Below are positions 53,211-64,000 of a stretch of DNA of 64,000 bases, piece by piece. Position 1 is the first letter of the stretch. Each line of letters opens with the position of its first letter. Position numbers and translations under genes: made by a program. The DNA is from the human T2T-CHM13v2.0 reference genome, Homo sapiens. The DNA is taken from assembly GCF_009914755.1 (NCBI RefSeq), contig NC_060929.1; one strand, 5' to 3'. The notes beneath the pieces were generated by a model. It made no database searches and was not told where the DNA came from. It worked only from the letters and a program-made list of their open reading frames with translations.

Positions 53211-54880
53211 CTATGTGGGTAACCAAAATAAATGACGATATATGGAATCATAAAAAGCAACAGGAGACATAATAGGGCATAAAAAACAAAGTCTATGATG
53301 AGAAAAGCTTGCAAATGACATAATTTAAGTTGGAAAGTTCAGAAGTTGGTCTGCACAAAGACATGCTGTGTCTTTAAATGAGTGTATCTACCTAAAGAGC
53401 TGCAGTGAGCAGACACCCAAATACATAATCACACACATTTGAATAAACATTATTTTCCAATCCTGAAGGGAAATATGTTTGCATTTTTCCCTATCCAACA
53501 AACCTTATTTAAGTATTCTGTGTTTTTCTGTAGTTCTGCAACTTGGCCTCTGTGGGTAATGAGCAGATACTCAATGAAAGAAATTGACAAAGGCAGCTTG
53601 TATCTCTGAAAAACCATCCAATAACATATTCTGTAGTAGAACAATGAACTTTTTCCAGTAGACAATAGCAGAAGAGTTACAATAAACTTAGGCAAACTTC
53701 GCTCTCAGAAATCTGGAAGGAAACTGTCAAGAAACCTCAGGCTGAAGTTTAATAGCTTGTGAACCATAACTTGTTTCCAGTAACTAGTTCTGTAGGTAAT
53801 TATCTGCTATAGGACCAAAAAGAACAGAGGCTGCTGAATTTCCATTTTTTAGGAAGTTGGAAAGACAATCCCAGAGGAGTAAAAAAGCCCAAAGATATCT
53901 ATGCTTGAAATAAGCAGAGATTTAAATACCTGTTCTCAGGAATAATAGGTTCAATACTGGATGGAAAACATTTACAACGGGATAATAATAGAGCTAGAAA
54001 CAGATAGAGGAAAATACATCAGACATGAACATATCACCCATAGAAAAAGATAATAACCTTTAGTGGGGAGGAGAACATTAACTGGTAAGATGCTCCCCAC
54101 CCCAAAACACTTTGTTAATATTTTACTTCAATTTCAAGATAAAGACAAACATCATATCTTCTGCCTCCTGAAAAAAGAAATAAACAATAATAAAACATAT
54201 TTTAACGGCCAGTGACCATTATACTTTCCACTTTGTAATTCTATTACCTTCATTTTTCTGGTCCCTGCTCTCTCTTTAGGTTGGCATATTGATTTGAAAT
54301 TCAATGAAAATCTCATTAAAAATATTTTTGGAGGCAATCCAGAGAGCAAGAAGAAGAGAATGACCTGTGTGGTAGTCTAGAATGCTATGCTGATTCACAC
54401 TCACTCTTTCTGAACAAAGCCTTCCCTGATCTGTAGTTTATGTACATCGTATTTCTGTGACTCAGATGACACATATGTCCCCTAAAAGAGAAGGGAAAAT
54501 CTTGAGCTCCCAGAGGTCTATGTGACCATTTCCTTCAGTGATCAGCAATAAACTCCGAAGGCTTGTCATAGTGATTGGCCCCAACCCAAACACGATCCTG
54601 GGCAAGGTCCCAAGTTGAAACTCTGCCTTCTTACAATGCCTGCACTGAAAACACAGTATGTGTATTAATAGGTTGCTTGGATCAACCTCATTCCATAGCA
54701 TGGAATGTGTGTACACATCATAAAAAAAGATGAAAGAACTCCAATCTATGTGGGGAAAAATAAGCACAGAAGATCATATTGAACCTAACTTACATAGGCT
54801 CTGTTAGAAAGTAGAAAGTACCTATTTCCTTTTTTTCATTTTCATAAATTGTATTGTTGTACAGCTATGAGATCAGTGCA

Positions 54881-54923
54881 ACACACACACATACACACAC
54901 ACACGGAGACACACACACACACA
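54881..54923. repeat. Interrupted (CA)n microsatellite
   Basis: ACACACACACATACACACACACACGGAGACACACAC... Confidence 0.9.
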
Positions 54924-54958
54924 ACTGTAAGATTTCAATCCAAAGCTAAATCCATTAA

Positions 54959-55086
54959 CTATTTATGCCTGTGGTTGCAATTTTTGGATTTCTGCAATCA
55001 GACCTTGGCGATGACCTTGAGCAGTAGGATATAAATAAGTTCCACTTGCTTAGCGTTCCAATAATGGAACACTAGTCATAAATGGG
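54959..55086 (-). mobile_element. MER85 piggyBac MITE (PGBD3-derived)
   Basis: Reverse complement CCCATTTATGACTAGTGTTCCATTATTGGAACGCTAAG..TATATCCTACTGCTCAAGGTCATCGCCAAGGTCTGATT..GGCATAAATAG; flanked by TTAA (54955-54958) and CTAA (55087-55090). Confidence 0.92.
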
Positions 55087-55238
55087 CTAAGGGGGAGGAG
55101 AAACTTTGCACTGAGGTGTAAAAAAATAACTTTTTTGGCTTCAAAGAAAGTATAGGACAATCACAAGCAATTATAAACTTTTCCTCTCTTCTTTTTTAAG
55201 GAACACAAAGCATAGGAAGTTATAGGCAGCCTAATGCA

Positions 55239-55609
55239 TAGTCATGTGCCACATGTTTCAGTCAACAGGCTACATATATGATGATGGTCCCATAAGATTA
55301 TAACTATATATTACATAAATATATTTAAATATGGTAAATATATTTACTGTATTTTTATGTGTAACTATGTTTAGATACACAAATACTTACCATTGTGTTA
55401 CAGCTGCCTGTAGTTTTCAGTAGAGTAACGTGCTGTACTGGTTTGGAGCCTAGGAGCAATAGTCTACACCGTATACCCTACATGTATAGTAAGTAGGCTA
55501 TGCCATTTCAATTTGCGTAACTTCACTCTATAATGTTCGCACAATGACAAAATTACCAAGCAACACATTTCTCCGAGTGTAGCCCCTTTGGTTAAGTGAC
55601 GTACGACTG
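55239..55609 (+). mobile_element. Tigger3a (MER7A) TcMar MITE
   Basis: AGTCATGTGCC..GGTCCCATAAGATTATAA..GCCTAGGAGCAATAG..GTTAAGTGACGTACGACTG followed by TA. Confidence 0.9.
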
Positions 55610-56649
55610 TAGATTGTTATGATTCAATTTATAATCTTCAGAACTGGGCAATTTATGCTCCAGGAATGTGCTTTATCTTGTATTCAATAGAGATTGGAAT
55701 TTCTTTCTCATTTTAGAAATGAAGAAAATGAGTAACAAAAGGTAGTGTTCTCAAACTTATCAGAGAAGATCTCAAAATAAAATTCTTAGCCCCAAAAAAG
55801 TAGCATGATACCATAAAAACTGTGCCTTTTGCAGTGAGGCTGACTTACATCCAAATGATTTTTTTAAACATACCTCAAAACTGTGGGGTAAGATACTATA
55901 TATCTGAAGGTTTGTGAAATTTTTAGCACAAGTTTTGGGGTGAGAAATCTATGCATTATTTTCAGAACAACCAAGTTATCTGACCAAAACAAGATACATC
56001 GCGATTCATTCTGGAGATAGAGAGAAAGGAACTTTAAAAAAAATTTAATGTCAAGCCTATCTTAGTTTATAGCATACTTAATTCGAAACATTTTTAGATT
56101 TGCCAATAATTGGAACCTTAGTAATATAATTAATTCTATTACTCCTCACTGAAATGCTATCACAGAATGCTGATTTCCATTTGACCTGCAAATTTTCTCA
56201 AAAACAATGGCAGGAAGGGTCTTATGAGAAAAATGTTTTTAGAAGGTCACCATCCTTCAGGTATATCAAGATTTCCTTTGGTAGAGATCAATGTGAAAAT
56301 AGTTTCACAAAGTTTATCTCATTTAACTTATATGCTTTCTCTTAATACATCATGTTTCCTTTAAACATGATTGTCAAGATACTCATAAATGTTAATCCGT
56401 TATTGTCTCAGCTTTCTATCATTCTTTTGTATGCTTTTTCCCCCGCTCCCTGCCCCTGTGCATATCTTCTATTTTCTCTGTTTTAATGGTTTTCTTAGCT
56501 CTTAATATTTTAATATAAAGTATAAAGCCTCTTATCCTCTTGAAATAAATATGAAGTAATTTGCTATTGAAAAAGTCATTGATTATCTACTCATTGTCAA
56601 TATAGTGGAAATATTACACATTCCTTGCTGCTCTTTCCTCTTTCTATAG

Positions 56650-56950
56650 GTTTTTTTATTTTTATTTTTATTTTTTGACAGTCTCACTCTGTTGCCCAGG
56701 CTGGAGTGCAGTGACGCGATCTCGGCTCACTGCAGTCTATGCCTCCAGGTTCAAGCAATTGTCCTGCTTCAGCTCCCGAGTAGCTGCAACTACAGGTGTG
56801 CACCGCCATGCCCGGCTAATTTTTGTATTTTTAGTAGAAACGGGGTTTTACCACGTTGGCCAGGATGGTCTTGATCTCCTAACCTCGTGATCCACCCACC
56901 TTACCCTCCCCAAATGCTGGGATTACTGGCGTGAGCCACCATGCCCGGCC
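56650..56950 (-). mobile_element. AluSc-like
   Basis: GGCCAGGATGGTCTTGATCTC..CCTCGTGATCC; TSD TTTCTATAG at 56641-56649 and 56951-56959. Confidence 0.95.
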
Positions 56951-57309
56951 TTTCTATAGTATTTCAGTCTCTCTTCCTATTCTATCACTGTACTCTCTTC
57001 TAGTTCTCCTCTTAACTCCCTAGTTGCTGACCTTCAGTCGCCATACTTTTTTCTATATTTACTTTACATACTGGTATTTCTAAGTGTTCTGACTTTAGCC
57101 TTCTTTTCTTCCTAAGCTATAGGCTCTAGGGGATATTATAACATACCTGTGCTGCTGGTATATATTCTTCCATTTTACAAATGAGAAAAGTGATACATAA
57201 AGTGATACATAAAATATGTTATTTATATCCCAAAATCATATATTCAAAAAGAATTGGAGCTTACCTTTTAACAGTGATTATGCTCCTTCTACTACACCAC
57301 ATACGTCTC

Positions 57310-57660
57310 TGTTGGGCAGGAGATGTGTGGTAACAAAACCCACAACATTTCTGTGGCACAGACAATGTTTATTTCTTGTTTCTGTCACACGTTGCTGCCT
57401 TTTAGTGATGGCTTCTGCTTTAGATTGCTGCATTCTGGGACTCCAACTGACAGAGGCTCCACCATCTGGAAGGTTGCTGGTTATGATGGTAGGGAGAATT
57501 GAGGATTTGAGCACCAATAATTAAAAACTTAAATAGAGATAAGAAACACGCATCACTTTTGGTCACATATCATTGGCCAAAGCAACTCTCACGGTCATGA
57601 TTCCAAAGGAAAACCATTTAGGAAAGCCAGGTAATTGTAAACGGAATAATGCCTACCACA
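57310..57660 (-). mobile_element. Old ERVL/MaLR LTR (MLT1I/J or LTR33-like)
   Basis: CATCACTTTTGGTCACATATCATTGGCCAAAGCAA..GCCTACCACA. Confidence 0.5.
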
Positions 57661-58976
57661 ATTTCCTTATGAGGTAGAGTACTCAACATGTATTTCCTGA
57701 TTGTAGTGGAATCCTTTATTTTATTGACTAACAGTCCCGTTACATCCTTCTTTATTGCACCCAATTATTGGTGGGGGATAATTTCCTCTCACTCATTTTG
57801 TATGATCTTATAGGATAGATCCTAAAGTATTACTATTACTTCAGCACAGCAAGTAGCCAGGCACAGAACCTAAGCTGAGTCCATCAGAGGATCTCCACAG
57901 GACTCAAGGTTTGAGGCTTGACATAAAAGCAGATGTAAAGATGGAAGATCATTCATTCTGACGATGCTAACTGACCCAATCATTGTTGCTAGGAAGATCA
58001 TTGCCCTGGCCTCCCTCCTGGAGACTTCCAGAAATCTCTTGTTTCCTATCCCCAAGCCAGTTTCCCCCTATTTATTCTGTGAAATCCGTGATTGCCTTTA
58101 AATATGTTTCTTTGCATAAGATGGTGGGGTTAGATTCTGTTGCTTACAACCAAATTTATACACACTATTTATTAATATTCTGGAGAGATGCTGGGAGTAA
58201 TTAGGGTATCCAAATGTAAAGTTGTAGGATATATGTGTCGTTAGATAAAATGCATAGGATCATAAATAAACTAATAATGGTGTGATATTAATTTATGTAA
58301 CTTTTATTGATAACACAGTAAGCAGTGTCAAAAAATTATAAGAAAGCCAGTGAGGACCTTCTAAGAAAGATGTTGACTCCTTTGATGTAGGATGCTTCGA
58401 CTCAAATTGCTTAGCACCTAGCTTAGAATCAGTTTAGTGATAATAGGATAAGCACTTCACTAATGTAATTCTGAACGAGCAATTTTCATATTAATGGCTT
58501 TCTCACTGTATTAATGAAAACACAATTTACCACTATAATGGGGACATCACTTAAATTAGATCAAAATTGCTAACATGATCATGGCTGTTAATAAAGCCAA
58601 GCTATTGTATGTTCTAACGGTTCTCCTATTGTAATAACAATGTCCTTATATCCAAAAATTTGTATTACATCAGGAAAATACTTTGTTATTTTATTGCAGA
58701 CTTGATAATATCACTTACTATATGTACAAGCGGTTGCCATCAAATTACCATTGCGTAGATCTGCCAGTAGCTGAGCAGAAGACAAACAGAAAGGAAAATC
58801 CCACAAACGAACAACGAGCATTATATGAGCTAAACGTCCTTATTCTGGGACTATTGTTATCAGTCCTCTTGTATAGATTACAAACAACTATTAAAAGGAA
58901 AGAAAGTTATTTAAGAAAAAGAGAAGGTTAAATACTAGAGTCACGTATATAATAGAGTGACCCATTTTTCCACTTC

Positions 58977-59392
58977 TGTATTAGTTTGTTAGGGCCACCA
59001 TAACACCATAACATTAGTTTGCTGGATGTCTTAAGCAACAGACATTTATTTCCTTGCCAGATCTAGAAGCTAGGAGTTCCACATCCAAGTGTTGGCAGGG
59101 CTGGTTCTTTCCGGGGGCTATGAAGAAGGGATCTGTTCTAGGCTTCTCTCCTTGGCTTCAATGGCCATCTTCTCTCTACCTCTTCAGATCATCTTCCTCC
59201 TACATGTCTGTGTCCAAATTTCCTCTTCTTTTAAGAACACCAGTCATATTGGAGTAGGGCCCACCTCAGTGACTTCATTTTAACTCAGTTGCCTCTGTGA
59301 AAACCCTGTCTCCAAATATGTCGCATTCTGAGGTCTAGAAGTTAGGGCTTCAACCCATGATTTTGATGGAGGGCATAATTCAGCACCTACCA
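58977..59392 (-). mobile_element. MLT1B-like solo LTR
   Basis: TGTATTAGTTTG..AAGAACACCAGTCATATTGGAGTAGGGCCCACC..ATAATTCAGC; degenerate TSD ACTTC/ACCTC. Confidence 0.88.
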
Positions 59393-59941
59393 ACCTCCTT
59401 AAATTTTCCAGGCATGTGTTAATATCCATTCCCAAAACATATATACATAAAATGTAGCATGTGTAAAATTACCAATTTATGTAATAATTTAAAGGGTTTT
59501 TATTTATATTGTATACAAGTAAGCTCCACATTAAGCTGGAACATGAAGTAAGATAACAAGTTTTAAAGTACTTAGCTCACTACTTAGCATATGGAAAATG
59601 TAACTACAGGTTAGTCGTATAAATGGCAGCTGTACTATGTGTGTACACAAGAAAAGAAAGTCAAAAAGAGGGAACATATCAATGATAGGTGGGGACATCT
59701 CCGTTGGGTTTTTAGATATTCTTATGCCCTGGAATATAACGTTTTATGGGTAAATTTAAAAAATACCCTCCCAGTATTATTTATTGGGAATAAAAGATGA
59801 GCTTACCACCATTAGCTGAGATGAGGTATGAATTTCCGCCAAAACATGATGCCTGTTAGTATGGCGCAGACTCAGCTTCAACTGGTAAAGGAGTCACTTT
59901 CCCATGGTAGGCGTTAAGTCTTGTTGACTTGGCTACCACCT

Positions 59942-60038
59942 ATTCATTCATTCAATTACACAAATACTTAATGGGCACTTAGTATGTTCCAGATGCTGTT
60001 CTAGGTACTGGCAATGTGAGTCAATAAAACAAAGTTCA
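59942..60038 (-). mobile_element. L2 3' terminus
   Basis: ATTCATTCATTCAA..AAATACTTAATGGGCAC..TGTTCTAGGTACTGG. Confidence 0.7.
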
Positions 60039-60191
60039 TTCAGTGAGCCTTTTAAATATTTAAAAATTTATGGGTGTGCTTTTTCATACCGGTAAAATTC
60101 AAAGGATCAATTTCAAATATGTTGTCAAGAAAATATGCAGTTGAAAGTTCTTCATAACATTTACTTAATTACGGTTTAGCAAATGACACCA

Positions 60192-60564
60192 TGTATTAGT
60201 CCATTCTCATGCTGCTATGAAGAAATACCCAAGACTGGGTAATTCATAAAGAAAACAGGTTTAATTGACTCACAGTTCCACATGGCTGGGGAGGCCTCAG
60301 GAAACTTACAGTCATGGCAGAAGGCACCTCTTCTGCCATGGCAGAAGGGCAGTAGGAGAGGGAATGATTGCCGAACTAAGGAGGAAACCCCCTATAAAAC
60401 CATCAGCTCTCTTGAGAACTCACTCACTACCATGAGAACGGCATGGGGGAAATTGCCCTCATGATTCAATTATCTCCACCTGGTGCCACCCTTGACACAT
60501 AACAATTATTACAATTCAAGGTGACATTTGGGAGGGGGAGGAGACACAGAGCCAAACCATATCA
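60192..60564 (-). mobile_element. THE1 (C/D-like) solo LTR
   Basis: TGTATTAGTCCATTCTC...AGCCAAACCATATCA; TSD CACCA at 60187-60191 and 60565-60569. Confidence 0.93.
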
Positions 60565-61027
60565 CACCATATGATTTAAATACTCTGATACCAAGTATGC
60601 TGTTCCATTCTATTCTAATAAGCTTTGAAGTATCTGATAAATCTTAATATGCTGGTTTTTAGTATTTGAAATCTTCTGAACAAAGGTGAAATATCTTAAT
60701 TTTTGCCTCAGAATGAGTGGTCAAATAGCTGTTTATTTTTTCCCAGCATCTTTTTATTCTTAGCCGTGAAAGATGATCACAGTAATTAAAAGCCTTGACA
60801 ATAATTTGTTTTAGCTCTTTCTCCTGCAATGTTTTATGAACTCTAATAAAAGTAACATTTTAAAACAGCTTTTAACATTATTTCTTATCACTTCAGTTTC
60901 TTTTTATTTTACATAAACTGGAGATATTATCAAATAATAAAAATGGCACATAGACAACGCCAGGGTGAAGAAAGGAAATGAGAATTTTAGATGATTTATT
61001 GACTGAAAATGAGAACAATCATAATGA

Positions 61028-61382
<355 letters not shown>

Positions 61383-62174
61383 TAAACCAATAGCCAATAT
61401 ATATATATTTTAGTAATGAAAGTGATTTTTAGCAAACTTTTTATCATTAATACCTGTGGAGAATCATTTTAGTGTTTTCATAGTTCAAATGAAAGATCTC
61501 ACTTATTGTTTTGACTTGGTAACTTGAACCAACTTATATAAAACATTTGTAACTTGAGAGAACTGGATACAAGCTGTTTAATTGTGAAATGATATAATGT
61601 AATATAATCCTCAAAGCATGTATTTGAATATAGTGCATATGTATTTGCATAGTAATGAATCCACAAAATAAAGTATAAGGAATTAGGTGAAAGCTAAAAA
61701 TGAAATAAGATATTGCCAGCAAGAAAACATGTGGCTGCATCACATTAAATTTAAATGGAAACTCTTCCTTTAAAACTCATTCTAAATGCATTTTTGTACT
61801 TAAGGAAAATAGTATTTGGGTAAAATATTTTCTAATCTTAGGGTATGACAGATTGTATTATATTACATATTATATTATTGACTAGAATAAGAATCAATAA
61901 ATGTCCCAAATAATACTTTTCATTAGTAAAGTTATTATTTTCATAAAGCATTTTTACACATAGAAAAACAAAACAAAAGAAATACATATCCTGCACATTT
62001 ATTAAATGCTAGGAACTGCCTTGGCTTTTTATATGCATTACTTCATTTAATCTTCACAACAAATCTGTAAGGTAAAAACAACCCTCGATTGTGGTAGTAA
62101 ATACTAAGGGGAGAAATAAGGCAAAGGAACAAAATACAGATGCAATGGAACATAACCTTGAAATGTTAAATAAA

Positions 62175-62782
62175 GGCATTAATTCATTTCCTATTGCCAT
62201 GTAACAATTTACCATAAACTTACTGGCTTAAAACAACACCTGTTTATTATCTCACAGTTTCCGTGTATAAGGACTCCAGGCACAGTTTAACTGGGTTTTC
62301 TGCTCAAGATCTCAATAGTCTGAAACCAAGTTTTTGGCTGGGCTTCAGCATTAGCTTAAGGCTTAGCTGGGTAAGAATCCATTTCCAAGCTTCCTCATAT
62401 TGTTGCCAAATGATTTTTCTTGCTGCTATAGAATTCGTAGTAGCTTACTTCTCCAAAGCCAGCAATGCAGAGAGACAGAGAATCTCTGCTTCTTAGAATC
62501 TCTGACTTTAGAGAAGGCCCAGGCTGCATTTTGAAAGAGTCACCTGATTAATTCAGACCCATATAAGATAATCCCCATTTTTGGCTGCTAATAATTCAAC
62601 TGATTAGGGACCTTAATTACATCCACAAAATCCCTTTACTCTCATTCTATAATATAACAGAATAACAGGAGGGATAATTCATCTCCTTTGCCACATTCTA
62701 CTGGTTAGAAGCCGATCAGTTTCCACCCACAATCAAGAGAAGGAATTATACAAAGCCGTCATCTCCTTGTGCATAACCACCA
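62175..62782 (-). mobile_element. MLT1E-type LTR
   Basis: GGCTTAAAACAACAC..TTATTATCTCACAGTTTC..GGGACCTTAATTACATC..AAAATCCCTT..CACATTCTACTGGTTAGAAG. Confidence 0.8.
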
Positions 62783-62787
62783 CTCGT

Positions 62788-63340
62788 GGTTAGGGAAGGT
62801 CTCACTGAGAAGATCATATTTAAGCTAATACTTGCATAAGCTGAGGGACTGAGGCATGTGTAAATATGAAGGAGAAAGATTTATAGGCAGTAGGAACAGT
62901 ACGGTGCAAAGATCCTGAGGCTGAAGCTTTCCTCGTTTGTTCACAACAGTAGTGGGCAAAGTGGTTGGATCAGAGTGAGTGTTGTGAAAGATAGAATGTG
63001 AAAGATAGAAAAGAAAGAATTCATGCTGATAAAGGAGGGCAGAGTGCGAAGGGCCTTTGCAAGGATTTTGGCTTTTACTGTAAGGCAGACATGAAGCTAT
63101 TCAAAGCTTCTTAGTATGGGGTGACAACATCTATTCATCTATTTTAGAAGTATCATTCTGGCTTTTAGAAGAGACTATGTAGTAGCGGTCATAGGTAAAA
63201 GCAGGGGATCATTTAAAGGCTATCGCCGTAACGTAAGCAAGCACCACAAGAGTGGTGGTAAAGGTGACAGTAATTGTCAGGATTTTTTTAAGTGACTGGA
63301 TATAAGGGATAAAACAAATAAAGGAGTCAAAGATGATAGC
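62788..63340 (-). mobile_element. L2 fragment
   Basis: GGTTAGGGAAGGTCTCACTGAGAAG..GGAACAG..TGCAAAGATCCTGAGG..GATTTTGGCTTTTACT..GGAGTCAAAGATGA. Confidence 0.75.
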
Positions 63341-63449
63341 AGGTTTAACATAAACTGTCTGTCACAACTATTCTGCTTAATAAATCTCTCTTACAAATTA
63401 TAGCATCATATGTCCACAGTGGCCCATGTACAAGGTTATTTATTACATA

Positions 63450-64000
63450 CTTTTTAAAAATGAACTTTTTCATTTTGCAATAGCTTTAGGTTTACAGAAA
63501 ATTTAAAAGATTGTGCAAAGGGTTTCTGTATACCCCACAGCCAGTTTTCTCCATTGTTAATATCTTCATATTATTAGAATACATTGGCCACAACCAAGGA
63601 AACATTAGCACACTGCCATTAACTAGATACTACACTCTCTTCAGATTTTACTAGTTCAAATGTCATTTTTCTGTTTCAGGATCCCATTGAAGATGCCACA
63701 TTGCATGTAATCATTGTGTCTCCTTAGGTTCCTCTTGTTCATGATGCTTTCTCTGATTCCCCTTGTTTTTCATGACCTTGGTTGTTTTAAGCAGTGGTCA
63801 GATATTTGTAGTAAGACCCTCAGCTTGTTTTGTTTTTGATGTCTTTCTCATGGTTAGACTGGGGTAATGGATTTTGTGTTGAACCTTTATGCATAGAACA
63901 TTTATGATGTTCACTTTGAGCACCAGGCCAAGTTAGTGTTTGCCTCACTATAAAGCTACTTTCTTCCCCTCCATTCCATACACTGCTCTTCGGAACCATA
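63450..64000 (-). mobile_element. L1MC/L1MD 3' UTR fragment, runs off the window end
   Basis: TTTAGGTTTACAGAAAA..TTTCTGTTTCAGGATCCCA..CCACATTGCA..TCATGGTTAGACTGGGGT. Confidence 0.8.

Overview
AT-rich (about 35% GC by eye) human-type genomic DNA that looks intergenic or deep intronic. I found no credible protein-coding gene, structural RNA gene, CpG island or CRISPR array. The short ORFs in the track derive from Alu, L1, LTR or L2 sequence, or arise by chance. Much of the window is interspersed repeat: about 16 Alus (J, S and Y, including a pristine AluYa5 that points to human DNA), L1 fragments of many ages, MaLR/ERVL solo LTRs (several with intact target-site duplications, TSDs), L2/MIR relics and DNA-transposon MITEs (MADE2, MER58A, MER1B, MER5, Tigger3a, piggyBac MER85). 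I do not see a new multi-gene system. The best leads are an AluYa5 with a 6-bp internal duplication, a MER85 with an intact CSB-PGBD3 palindrome, an extended CTCF motif, a ~40-bp Alu with a perfect TSD, a cluster of closely spaced inverted Alus, a derived palindrome in a THE1 LTR, and a few repeat-free enhancer candidates. All subfamily names come from recalled consensus sequences and need RepeatMasker/Dfam confirmation.
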